From Candidatus Poseidoniales archaeon (GTDB lineage Archaea; Thermoplasmatota; Poseidoniia; MGIII; CG-Epi1), in assembly GCA_045567915.1 (NCBI GenBank), contig JBJLCA010000013.1, positions 1-50,606 of the forward strand: a stretch of DNA of 50,606 nt, read 5' to 3'. The position numbers and the translations under genes were made by a program. Position 1 is the first letter of the stretch. Each line of letters starts with the position of its first letter. Positions 43,587 to 50,606 of the stretch are shown piece after piece. The notes under the pieces were generated by a model that was not told the origin of the DNA, did no database searches, and worked only from the letters and a program-made list of their open reading frames with translations.

Positions 43587-44224
43587 TATGTGGTGTAGAT
43601 GAGGCTGGAAAAGGGCCAGTAATGGGGCCAATGGTTGTTGCTGCAGTATCTGTTGAAAATGCTAAATTAATTGAAGATAAAGGATTTAAAGATTCAAAAT
43701 TGCTTACTCCTCAAAGAAGAAATGAACTTTTTCAATTAATTAAGGGAAATTATAGATACGCGGTAGAAATAATCCAACCTGAAGAGATCGATGAATACAG
43801 GAGAAAAAATCAACTTAATTTACTAAATCGGAAGGCATTTGAAAAAGTCATAATTAAGCTTAATCCAAACATCGCATATGTTGATGCTGCAGATGTCAAT
43901 GAAGAACGATTTGGAAGAGAGATAAAGAGTAACTTAACTAATGATAATGACACAGATGTAATTTCTATGCATAAAGCAGATAGTAAAATTCCTGTTGTAG
44001 CTGCAGCATCTATAATTGCTAAGCAAACTAGAGAGAATGAAATTAAAAAGCTTAAAGAAAAAATAGGCGATTTTGGAAGTGGATATCCCTCTGATGAAAG
44101 GACAATTAAGTTTTTGAAGAGCTACTTTCATGATAATTCGAAGTGGCCTTCAGGTACTAGGAAAAGTTGGAAAACAATTGACCGAATTAGACCTGTAACA
44201 AAACTTAGTGATTTCGGTGATTAA
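43583..44224 (+). CDS. rnhB: Ribonuclease HII
   Basis: ICGVDEAGKGPVMGPMVVAAV, DSKLLTP, YVDAADV, ASIIAK, GSGYPSD. Confidence 0.92.
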   Translation: MICGVDEAGKGPVMGPMVVAAVSVENAKLIEDKGFKDSKLLTPQRRNELFQLIKGNYRYAVEIIQPEEIDEYRRKNQLNLLNRKAFEKVIIKLNPNIAYVDAADVNEERFGREIKSNLTNDNDTDVISMHKADSKIPVVAAASIIAKQTRENEIKKLKEKIGDFGSGYPSDERTIKFLKSYFHDNSKWPSGTRKSWKTIDRIRPVTKLSDFGD

Positions 44225-44563
44225 ATGAGTAACATCAAAAAAATATTGGAAGAAAAAGTATCTGAATTTAACAGTAGGATAAAAGATGAACCTAAATTTT
44301 CAGGAGTAATTGAAGGTAAAGAAAGAAGTATTTGTATTTCAGTTTCAGATGGAGAAAACTATACTACTAATCTAAAAGACATGAACTTGGAACCGTTCGT
44401 TGAGTCTGATAATAAAGATAAAGACCTTGTAGTAACTGCAACATCAGAAGTTCTTTTAGCACTAATTAGTAAAGAAATGTCTCCAATAAAAGCATACATG
44501 ACTGGTGAATTGAAAGTTAAGGCTAGCTTAACTGACATGTTATTATTGAAAAAATTATTTTGA
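44225..44563 (+). CDS. SCP2 (sterol carrier protein 2-like) domain protein
   Basis: The C-terminal LLALISKEMSPIKAYMTGELKVKASLTDMLLLKKLF is the characteristic SCP2 ending (g.l.p..A.m.Gklki.Gd...a.kl..lf). Confidence 0.6.
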   Translation: MSNIKKILEEKVSEFNSRIKDEPKFSGVIEGKERSICISVSDGENYTTNLKDMNLEPFVESDNKDKDLVVTATSEVLLALISKEMSPIKAYMTGELKVKASLTDMLLLKKLF

Positions 44564-45286
44564 TTTAAGTGTAAATATTGAATTTGATAATTCAGCGATT
44601 TCTGAAGGCGTAAGAATCTCAGCTCTTAAATCCATATATTTCAAATATTTAACGTCAATTTCAGGAAACGTTAGTTTTATGCAATTTCGTATTTTCTTCC
44701 TTCTGTGCATGAATATTGACCTTACCACCTTGTCAAAAGTATCAAAATCATCTAGTTTATAGTCAGGATCTCTACGGACTAATTTTACTACCTGTGAATG
44801 AATCTTAGGCTGAGGTTGAAATGCATTTTTTGAAACCTTAAATAATTTTTTTGTGTCTACATAATGATTTGCCATTACTGATAAACGACCATACACTTTC
44901 GAACCTGGCTTCGCAACTAAACGATTTGCAAATTCTTCCTGAAACATCAATATTGCTCTAGTCCACTTGTAATTGAATAATCTGAACAAAATTGGTGATG
45001 AAATAGAATAAGGCAAATTAGCTACAATCACATCTACAGGAGGAACCTCCCATGTCAAAATATCTCCCTCTATTATATTTGCACTATCTTTAAATTTTTG
45101 CTTTAGAACTACAGCCAACCATTTATCTTTCTCTATAGCTATTAAATCACCTTTAGACACTAATAACTCAGTAAGTGCACCTCTGCCAGGTCCAATTTCT
45201 AATATCTTCTCACCTTCAGATATTTCAGCAAAATTCACAATTTTTTTTGATATGTTGGCATCTATCAAAAAATTTTGACCAAGCAT
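44555..45286 (-). CDS. ksgA: 16S rRNA (adenine1518/1519-N6)-dimethyltransferase KsgA/Dim1
   Basis: MLGQNFLID at the true start (ATG 45286), SAM motif ILEIGPGRGALT, NLPYSISSPILF. The ORF-track N-terminal extension to 45361 reads through the tRNA gene and is rejected. Confidence 0.9.
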   Translation of the reverse strand: MLGQNFLIDANISKKIVNFAEISEGEKILEIGPGRGALTELLVSKGDLIAIEKDKWLAVVLKQKFKDSANIIEGDILTWEVPPVDVIVANLPYSISSPILFRLFNYKWTRAILMFQEEFANRLVAKPGSKVYGRLSVMANHYVDTKKLFKVSKNAFQPQPKIHSQVVKLVRRDPDYKLDDFDTFDKVVRSIFMHRRKKIRNCIKLTFPEIDVKYLKYMDLRAEILTPSEIAELSNSIFTLKSK

Positions 45287-45305
45287 TTTTTGCTTGCGTC
45301 GAGAA

Positions 45306-45381
45306 TGGTGGGCCGGGGCGGAATCGAACCGCCGATCTTCGCCTTGTAAGGGCGACGTCATAACCCCTAGACCACCGGCCC
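45306..45381 (-). tRNA. tRNA-Val (anticodon UAC), 76 nt including a genomically encoded 3' CCA
   Basis: Hand-folded from GGGCCGG-UG-GUC-UAGGGGUUAU-GAC-G-UCGCC-CUUACAA-GGCGA-AGAUC-GGCGG-UUCGAUU-CCGCC-CCGGCCC-A-CCA. The fold has a 7-bp acceptor stem, 5-bp anticodon and T stems, a T-loop UUCGAUU and no intron. Confidence 0.85.
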
Positions 45382-45530
45382 AGATAAGGTCTTTTTCACA
45401 CGAGGTTTAACGCTACAAACCATTTTTCTACCCATAGCCATTAGAAAGGCCCAAATAAGACTTAAAGTCAAAAAAATTACGGCTACAATAGATACTTATG
45501 AGGATTTGAGAAGACAACAGCCCTACCTCA

Positions 45531-45540
45531 ATTATAAATA
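45531..45540 (+). promoter_or_regulatory. TATA box for pckA
   Basis: attataaata is centred 26 nt upstream of ATG 45562. This favours ATG 45562 over the GTG at 45550 and implies a leaderless or near-leaderless mRNA. Confidence 0.45.
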
Positions 45541-45561
45541 CAATATCGTGTGCGAAGTGCT

Positions 45562-47124
45562 ATGCTTCACCAGTTAGAATTGATGGGCATAAAACCCGCA
45601 TCAGTTAAATCCAATCTTACGCAAGAAGAATGGAAGAATGAGGAATTGAACAGAGAAGAAGGTAGATTATCCTCTAATGGAACTGTTATAGTAAACACTG
45701 GAATATACACTGGTAGGTCTCCAAATGATCGGTTCATTGTTAAAAATGAGGAAACTGAAAAGCTGATCGATTGGGGGGATGTAAATCTTCCCTTAAGCGA
45801 AGAATCATTTGATATTTTAGAAAAAGCTGTTAAAAAGGAGATGAACCAAAAAGATCTATTTGTTTTTGATGGATATGCAGGTGCTGATGAAAGATATAGA
45901 CTACCATTAAGAGTAGTTACAATGATGGCGTGGCAGGGACATTTTTCCCATAACATGTTCATTAGACCTACTAAAAATGAACTAGATAGTTTTGAACCTG
46001 AATTTACTATACTTAATGCATCATCTACAAACATTGATAATTGGAAAGATTTGGGATTAAATTCAAAAGTATTTATTGCACTAAACCTGAAAAAAAAAAT
46101 GGCCATAATAGGTGGAACTGAGTATGGTGGAGAAATCAAGAAATCAATATTCTCTGCTTTAAATTTTTATCTTCCACTAAAAGGCGTAATGCCTATGCAC
46201 TGCTCAGCTAATATTGGCGAAAATGAAGACTCAGCTCTATTCTTTGGACTTAGTGGAACTGGGAAAACAACTCTTTCGACAGACCCTAATCGCAGACTAA
46301 TTGGTGATGATGAACATGGTTGGTCTGATAATGGTATTTTTAACTTTGAAGGCGGATGCTATGCAAAAACAATAAAATTAGACCCATCAAAAGAGCCTGA
46401 TATTTTTAACGCGATAAAGCCCGGAGCTTTGCTAGAAAATGTTGTGACTGATGATAATGGAGTTGTTGATTTTGACGATGGGACAATAACCGAAAACACT
46501 CGCGTTTCATATCCTATTGACCACATTGAAAATATAGAGCCAACTGAAAAAGGTGGGCATCCAAAAAGTGTCATTTTTCTAACATGTGATGCATTCGGTG
46601 TTTTACCTCCAATTTCTAAGCTCACCCCTGAAATGGCAATGTATCATTTTTTAAGTGGATATACTGCAAAAGTTGCAGGTACTGAGAGAGGAATCACAGA
46701 GCCTGTGGCTACTTTTTCGACATGCTTCGGTGCACCATTTATGCCACAATATCCTACAGTTTATGCTGAACTTCTAGGTAAAAAATTGAAAAAACACAAT
46801 GCTCAGGCCTGGTTAGTAAACACTGGATGGAGCGGTGGCGCATATGGCACGGGAGAAAGAATCGATTTACCAGTAACTAGAAGAATGCTAACTGCAATTT
46901 TAGATGGCGAATTAGAAGATTCAGATTTCACTCCAGACCCTAACTTTAAAATTTTAATTCCAAGTGAAGTACCTGGAATTGAAACTACCATATTAAATCC
47001 TAAAAATACTTGGAAAGATCAGAATGCATATGACATGAAGGCTAAAGAATTAATCAGTCTTTTCAAGACTAATTTTGTCAAGTATGAAAGCTTTGGAAGC
47101 TACTCAAACGCTGGACCTGATTAA
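45562..47124 (+). CDS. pckA: Phosphoenolpyruvate carboxykinase (ATP-dependent)
   Basis: [11 protein letters not shown], kinase-1a [36 protein letters not shown]. Confidence 0.9.
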   Translation: MLHQLELMGIKPASVKSNLTQEEWKNEELNREEGRLSSNGTVIVNTGIYTGRSPNDRFIVKNEETEKLIDWGDVNLPLSEESFDILEKAVKKEMNQKDLFVFDGYAGADERYRLPLRVVTMMAWQGHFSHNMFIRPTKNELDSFEPEFTILNASSTNIDNWKDLGLNSKVFIALNLKKKMAIIGGTEYGGEIKKSIFSALNFYLPLKGVMPMHCSANIGENEDSALFFGLSGTGKTTLSTDPNRRLIGDDEHGWSDNGIFNFEGGCYAKTIKLDPSKEPDIFNAIKPGALLENVVTDDNGVVDFDDGTITENTRVSYPIDHIENIEPTEKGGHPKSVIFLTCDAFGVLPPISKLTPEMAMYHFLSGYTAKVAGTERGITEPVATFSTCFGAPFMPQYPTVYAELLGKKLKKHNAQAWLVNTGWSGGAYGTGERIDLPVTRRMLTAILDGELEDSDFTPDPNFKILIPSEVPGIETTILNPKNTWKDQNAYDMKAKELISLFKTNFVKYESFGSYSNAGPD

Positions 47125-48104
47125 AGGTATTCAGAAACTAAATCTCTCTCAGTTACCAATTCTTCATTGGTTCTAGCTAATGCACCTTTAGCAAAATCAT
47201 CGTGCTCATAAGTATCAATTATTTCGTACGTTCCTGGAGATGTCGTTCTAACTGGCATACCTGCCCAGACACCTTTTGCAAAGCCGTATTGTCCATCACT
47301 GCAAACCACAATTGAGTGCACATCTTTACTTACTGTGTAAAGACTCTGTATGTGATTAATTAATGCATTTGCAGCTGAAGCTGCGCTTGAAAGGCCTCTA
47401 GCCTTGATAATTGCTGCACCTCTTTTTGCTACTGCAGGTGTGTATTCATCACTCAACCATTTATTATCATTGATTACGCTAACCGCAGATCTACCTGAAA
47501 TTAAAGTATTCGAATAATCGGGAAACATAGTTGGGCTGTGATTACCAAAAATAGCAAGACCCTTAACATCTTCAACTAACACATCAGCTCTTTTGGCTAA
47601 CATAGATACTGCCCTATTTTGATCTAATCTAGTCATCGCTGTAAATCTACTATTATCAAATCGATCGGATTGTGAGGCTGCAATCATACAATTGGTATTA
47701 CATGGATTACCAACCACTACTATTCTACAATCGTCAGCAGCATTCTCTGCAATAGCTTTACCTTGTCCAACAAAAATCTTACCGTTGTCTTTCAATAAAT
47801 CTGAGCGCTCCATTCCTGGCCCTCTTGGTTTGCTGCCAACTAAAAGACAAAGATTCGCATCCTTGAAAGCCTCTTCGGAATCTGATGTTACGATTATATC
47901 ATCTAATAATGGAAATGCGCAATCGTCAAGTTCCATTGCGACGCCTTTTAAAGCTTCTAATGCAGGAGGAATTTCCAGAAGTTGTAGGGAAATCTTTGCA
48001 TCTGGACCGAACATTTCACCTGCAGCGATTCTAGGAAGTAAACTATATCCTATTTGCCCTGCAGCTCCAGTTACTGCAATACGTATTGGACTCATGATTA
48101 TCAT
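47121..48104 (-). CDS. mdh: Malate dehydrogenase, dimeric (cytosolic/Thermus-like) type
   Basis: [86 protein letters not shown]. The start could be ATG 48104 or 48095. Confidence 0.9.
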   Translation of the reverse strand: MIIMSPIRIAVTGAAGQIGYSLLPRIAAGEMFGPDAKISLQLLEIPPALEALKGVAMELDDCAFPLLDDIIVTSDSEEAFKDANLCLLVGSKPRGPGMERSDLLKDNGKIFVGQGKAIAENAADDCRIVVVGNPCNTNCMIAASQSDRFDNSRFTAMTRLDQNRAVSMLAKRADVLVEDVKGLAIFGNHSPTMFPDYSNTLISGRSAVSVINDNKWLSDEYTPAVAKRGAAIIKARGLSSAASAANALINHIQSLYTVSKDVHSIVVCSDGQYGFAKGVWAGMPVRTTSPGTYEIIDTYEHDDFAKGALARTNEELVTERDLVSEYL

Positions 48105-48165
48105 TAGTAAATGGGGATGATAAAATTAACACCTTTATAGCCTAAATGTCCAAAACCCTTTTAGA

Positions 48166-48354
48166 GTGGTTACTTACTGTAAAAATATGAGTATGCCGAT
48201 AACTGATGTGAAGAAATATGATATTAACAGGAGAATATATTTGCCTAAATGGGTTGAAGAGGATTTAGGTCTTGTTCCCGGTGAATGTTATGTAACATTC
48301 ATTCAAAGAGGGGAAAATATAGTAATTAAGAAAGTTAGTATTAGTATAGACTAA
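48166..48354 (+). CDS. AbrB/SpoVT-family (looped-hinge helix) DNA-binding protein
   Basis: RRIYLPKWVEEDLGLVPGECYVTFIQRGENIVIKK matches the SpoVT-AbrB pattern. GTG 48166 is ~26 nt downstream of ctttatagcc (48133-48142); an alternative ATG lies at 48187. Confidence 0.55.
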   Translation: MVTYCKNMSMPITDVKKYDINRRIYLPKWVEEDLGLVPGECYVTFIQRGENIVIKKVSISID

Positions 48355-49811
48355 ATCGTTTCCTTTAGCCATTTAAAGTCACTTTGGTAGAGCATCCTTA
48401 TATCCTTAATACCTAAGTGTAACATAGCTAACCTTTCTAGCCCTAACCCCCATGCAAGAACAGGACAGTCTATACCAAATGGTGCAGTAACTTCCGGCCT
48501 GAATATTCCAGCTCCACCTAGTTCAAGCCATTTGTCTCCGAATTTCACTTCAACCTCTAGAGAAGGCTCAGTATACGGAAAATAAGCGGGACGAACTCTT
48601 ACATCATTGAATCCCATTCGTCGATAGAATTCTTTCAATACTCCAATTAACATCCCAAAATTTGCTTCTGGTTCTACAATAATTCCCTCAACTTGTGTAA
48701 ACTCGGGTAGATGGGTAGAATCTAAGGCTTCTCTTCTAAATACTCGACCTACACTAAAAACTCTAGCTGGAGGTGTTGGATTATCTGCCAAATAACGAAT
48801 AGTACCTACTGTTGTATGGGTTCTAAGAAGAGCCTGTTGTGCAGTCTCTTTACTCCAATTAGTTCCCCATCCTTTAGAACCTGTATTACCTCCATTTTCG
48901 TGGATCTCTTTCACAGACTCAACAATCTCTTTTTCATTAATCACAAAAGAAGCCGGTTCTGATAAGTAAAAGGTATCTTGTAATTCACGAGCTGGATGGT
49001 CTTGAGGGATAAACAATGCATCCATATTCCAAAATGCTGATTCAACATAATCTCCCTCTATTTCTGTAAAACCCATTTGTAAGAAAATGCTGCGAATATC
49101 TTCAGTAAATCTGGTTAATGGATGAAGAGTAGAGAAATCTTCAACCTCAACTTTAGTTTCAACTCCGTACCTTTGAAAAGATTTATCTTTCCATTCACCA
49201 GATTGAATTATATCGGGAGTCAGATCCCCAATTAAATTACTGTCCAAACTTTCTAAATCAAAACTATTTCCATCTTCAGTTAAAGCAAAAGTTCTTTCAA
49301 TATCCTCTTTTGTGCTCAATAATTGTCTACCTTTTAGTAATTTTAATGATTCTTGATCTATTTCTTTTTCAGACAATGAATCTTTACTAAGTTTAACGAG
49401 CAATGGCTCATCTGAAGTTTCATCAACATTTCCTGTAGGAATTAATTTCAGCCCCTCCTCAGTTTTTTCCAAATCTGCAAATTTCTTTCTTTTTAACCAG
49501 CCAATAACGACTTTACTTTCGTCCTTATCTAAGGGAAGCTCAGATAGTAGAGAATCTCCTGCTTGATTAAGCCATTCTACTGCACGCCTTTCTGGTAAAC
49601 CTTGCTCGGCATATCTCTTTCCTTCTTCATTTGTGAAATAAAATTTAGTTGAGACCTCCGAAATGTCAACAAGTCCTTTACTTCTAAGCCATGAAGCCGC
49701 AGACATTGTCTCCTTTTCGCCGAGACCAGATTCCATCGAAGCAGTCTCTGGTGGAAGCGGGCCATTTTTAAGAACCTTCAGCAATTTTACTTCGTTTATA
49801 GATAAGTCCAC
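48351..49811 (-). CDS. pheS: Phenylalanyl-tRNA synthetase alpha subunit (archaeal/eukaryal type)
   Basis: Winged-helix N-terminal repeats, HPLTRF, QDHPARELQDTFY, LLRTHTT, motif 2 FRRE..D.THLPEFTQVEG, motif 3 GLGLERLAML. Confidence 0.9.
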   Translation of the reverse strand: MDLSINEVKLLKVLKNGPLPPETASMESGLGEKETMSAASWLRSKGLVDISEVSTKFYFTNEEGKRYAEQGLPERRAVEWLNQAGDSLLSELPLDKDESKVVIGWLKRKKFADLEKTEEGLKLIPTGNVDETSDEPLLVKLSKDSLSEKEIDQESLKLLKGRQLLSTKEDIERTFALTEDGNSFDLESLDSNLIGDLTPDIIQSGEWKDKSFQRYGVETKVEVEDFSTLHPLTRFTEDIRSIFLQMGFTEIEGDYVESAFWNMDALFIPQDHPARELQDTFYLSEPASFVINEKEIVESVKEIHENGGNTGSKGWGTNWSKETAQQALLRTHTTVGTIRYLADNPTPPARVFSVGRVFRREALDSTHLPEFTQVEGIIVEPEANFGMLIGVLKEFYRRMGFNDVRVRPAYFPYTEPSLEVEVKFGDKWLELGGAGIFRPEVTAPFGIDCPVLAWGLGLERLAMLHLGIKDIRMLYQSDFKWLKETI

Positions 49812-49835
49812 AAATCGGGATAGATAGGGTGTTTA

Positions 49836-50600
49836 TTAATTTGTTCTGAAACCAAATTTTTCTAATTTATTAACTACTTCATCAAAAACTGAATCAGCTT
49901 CTTTGTTAGTTGTATTAACAACTAAATCATATCCACTCAAATTACCATAGTCAAAACCGTATAATGAAGAATAACGAACCCTGTCATCGCCATCACGATT
50001 TTGATTTTCTACAAATTTATCTATAACTCCATCATTATCTATTAATTTTAAATTATGAATTTCCTCTTTTAGAGATTCTAAGTTACTATAATTTCTATCG
50101 GGAACATGCTCTAAACCTTTCATGTATGCTACCTCTCCAATTTCTCTGCGAAGGAAACGAAGGGCTTGATCTCTTATTGAACATTGGAAATATATGCGCA
50201 CTATGTTGGTTTTTCCGAGTGTTTGCATAAAACTTCCCATGTAAGCCGGCTGTCTTCCCTCAATAACTCCTACATTAGTATCAATATTTTTCCCAGAAAT
50301 CATTTCACATGTTTTGTAATCAATTTCTACATCAATACCTCTTTCTGTTAACAATAACTTAGCTTGCTCTGCAACGGTTATGCCTCTTTTAGCTGCAACC
50401 TCTCGAAATAAATTACCTACTGAGTGGAAGGTACCGCTAAACTTTTTTGCCAATTTTTTCGCCTGTGTGGACTTACCAGTTAACTGATCTCCAGCAATCA
50501 GAATCATGGGTTTCTGGTTTATTGAATCTTTAAGCTTTTCTACTGAATTCAAACCAATATATTTTTTGAATGCCTGTTGAATTCCGATAATATATTCCAC
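49836..50600 (-). CDS. Cytidylate kinase-like P-loop NTPase (family-level call only)
   Basis: P-loop ILIAGDQLTGKSTQAKKLAKKF. SVGNLFREVAAKRGITVAEQAKLL...IDVEID resembles archaeal Cmk (saGeiFRe.A.erG.sl.ef..la...p.iD.eiD). There are extra N- and C-terminal segments. Confidence 0.5.
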   Translation of the reverse strand: MEYIIGIQQAFKKYIGLNSVEKLKDSINQKPMILIAGDQLTGKSTQAKKLAKKFSGTFHSVGNLFREVAAKRGITVAEQAKLLLTERGIDVEIDYKTCEMISGKNIDTNVGVIEGRQPAYMGSFMQTLGKTNIVRIYFQCSIRDQALRFLRREIGEVAYMKGLEHVPDRNYSNLESLKEEIHNLKLIDNDGVIDKFVENQNRDGDDRVRYSSLYGFDYGNLSGYDLVVNTTNKEADSVFDEVVNKLEKFGFRTN

Positions 50601-50606
50601 AAACTT

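Noticed and set aside
45287-45363. N-terminal extension of ksgA (MTSPLQGEDRRFDSAPAHHSRRKQK) and the overlapping 62-aa plus-strand ORF 45175-45363
   Set aside because: Both translate through a well-folding tRNA-Val gene (45306-45381). KsgA homology begins at MLGQNFLID (ATG 45286).
46090-46099. A10 homopolymer inside pckA (codons LKKKM), with similar A8-A9 runs at 15361-15368, 42061-42069 and 9583-9590, considered as slippage or phase-variation sites
   Set aside because: All are in frame as Lys-Lys-Lys (AAA) codons, which is expected in an AT-rich genome. The reading frames are intact, so there is no evidence of switching.
45567-46139. Long antisense ORFs inside well-supported genes. Examples: 190 aa opposite pckA; 6560-6922 and 7463-7885 opposite pepD; 9423-9764; 35778-36176 opposite pus10; 37970-38374; 40342-40719 and 40885-41187 opposite pheT; 43109-43540 opposite priS; 47692-48120 opposite mdh
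   Set aside because: Each lies wholly within a gene that has strong motif support on the other strand. Their compositions are Ser/Leu/Ile/Phe-rich, as expected from reverse reading of AT-rich codons, and they have no motifs or promoters of their own.
1-50606. CRISPR arrays, transposases, integrases, prophage or defence-system genes, including a check around the tRNA-Val gene as a potential integration site
   Set aside because: I found no regularly spaced direct repeats, no DDE/tyrosine/serine recombinase motifs, no att-like duplication of the tRNA 3' end, and no nuclease/helicase/ATPase combinations beyond the ABC transporter.

Overview
AT-rich, very compact archaeal chromosomal segment. By my tally only about 1.6-1.7 kb of 50.6 kb lies outside ORFs or RNA genes. 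Archaeal identity rests on Kae1 plus Bud32 (KEOPS), Rpo4/RpoF, ribosomal proteins eL21 and eL41, Pus10, primase PriS, archaeal-type PheRS alpha and beta, geranylgeranyl reductase and GGPP synthase. The mix of many giant or secreted surface proteins with bacterial/eukaryote-type metabolic enzymes (type II glutamine synthetase, type 1 IPP isomerase, ATP-PEPCK, dimeric-type MDH, ALDH7, PepD, SOUL) fits a heterotrophic planktonic euryarchaeon of the Marine Group II/Poseidoniales kind. That taxonomic call is inference only. I found no CRISPR array, transposase, integrase or recognisable defence genes. Four things are missing or wrong in the ORF track: a 5'-partial glnII at the left edge, a 34-codon rpl41e, a tRNA-Val(UAC) that the track reads through as an N-terminal extension of ksgA, and a frameshifted glycerophosphodiesterase. 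The most unusual content is a run of single-pass surface proteins (18.9-31.8 kb) whose cytoplasmic tails carry folded modules. These are a predicted ubiquitin-like beta-grasp domain on a 1779-aa, 13-module protein and an MJ0042-type zinc ribbon on a beta-propeller/PKD protein. Other notable items are a co-directional idi-GGPPS-(permuted, degenerate GltS-like)-ABC-2 exporter cluster, an Rpo4 with a Cys4 insertion, a stand-alone Trm5-D1-like mini-protein, and an RHH-UPF0175 fusion with a direct-repeat operator candidate. All homology calls come from reading motifs by eye, with no database search.
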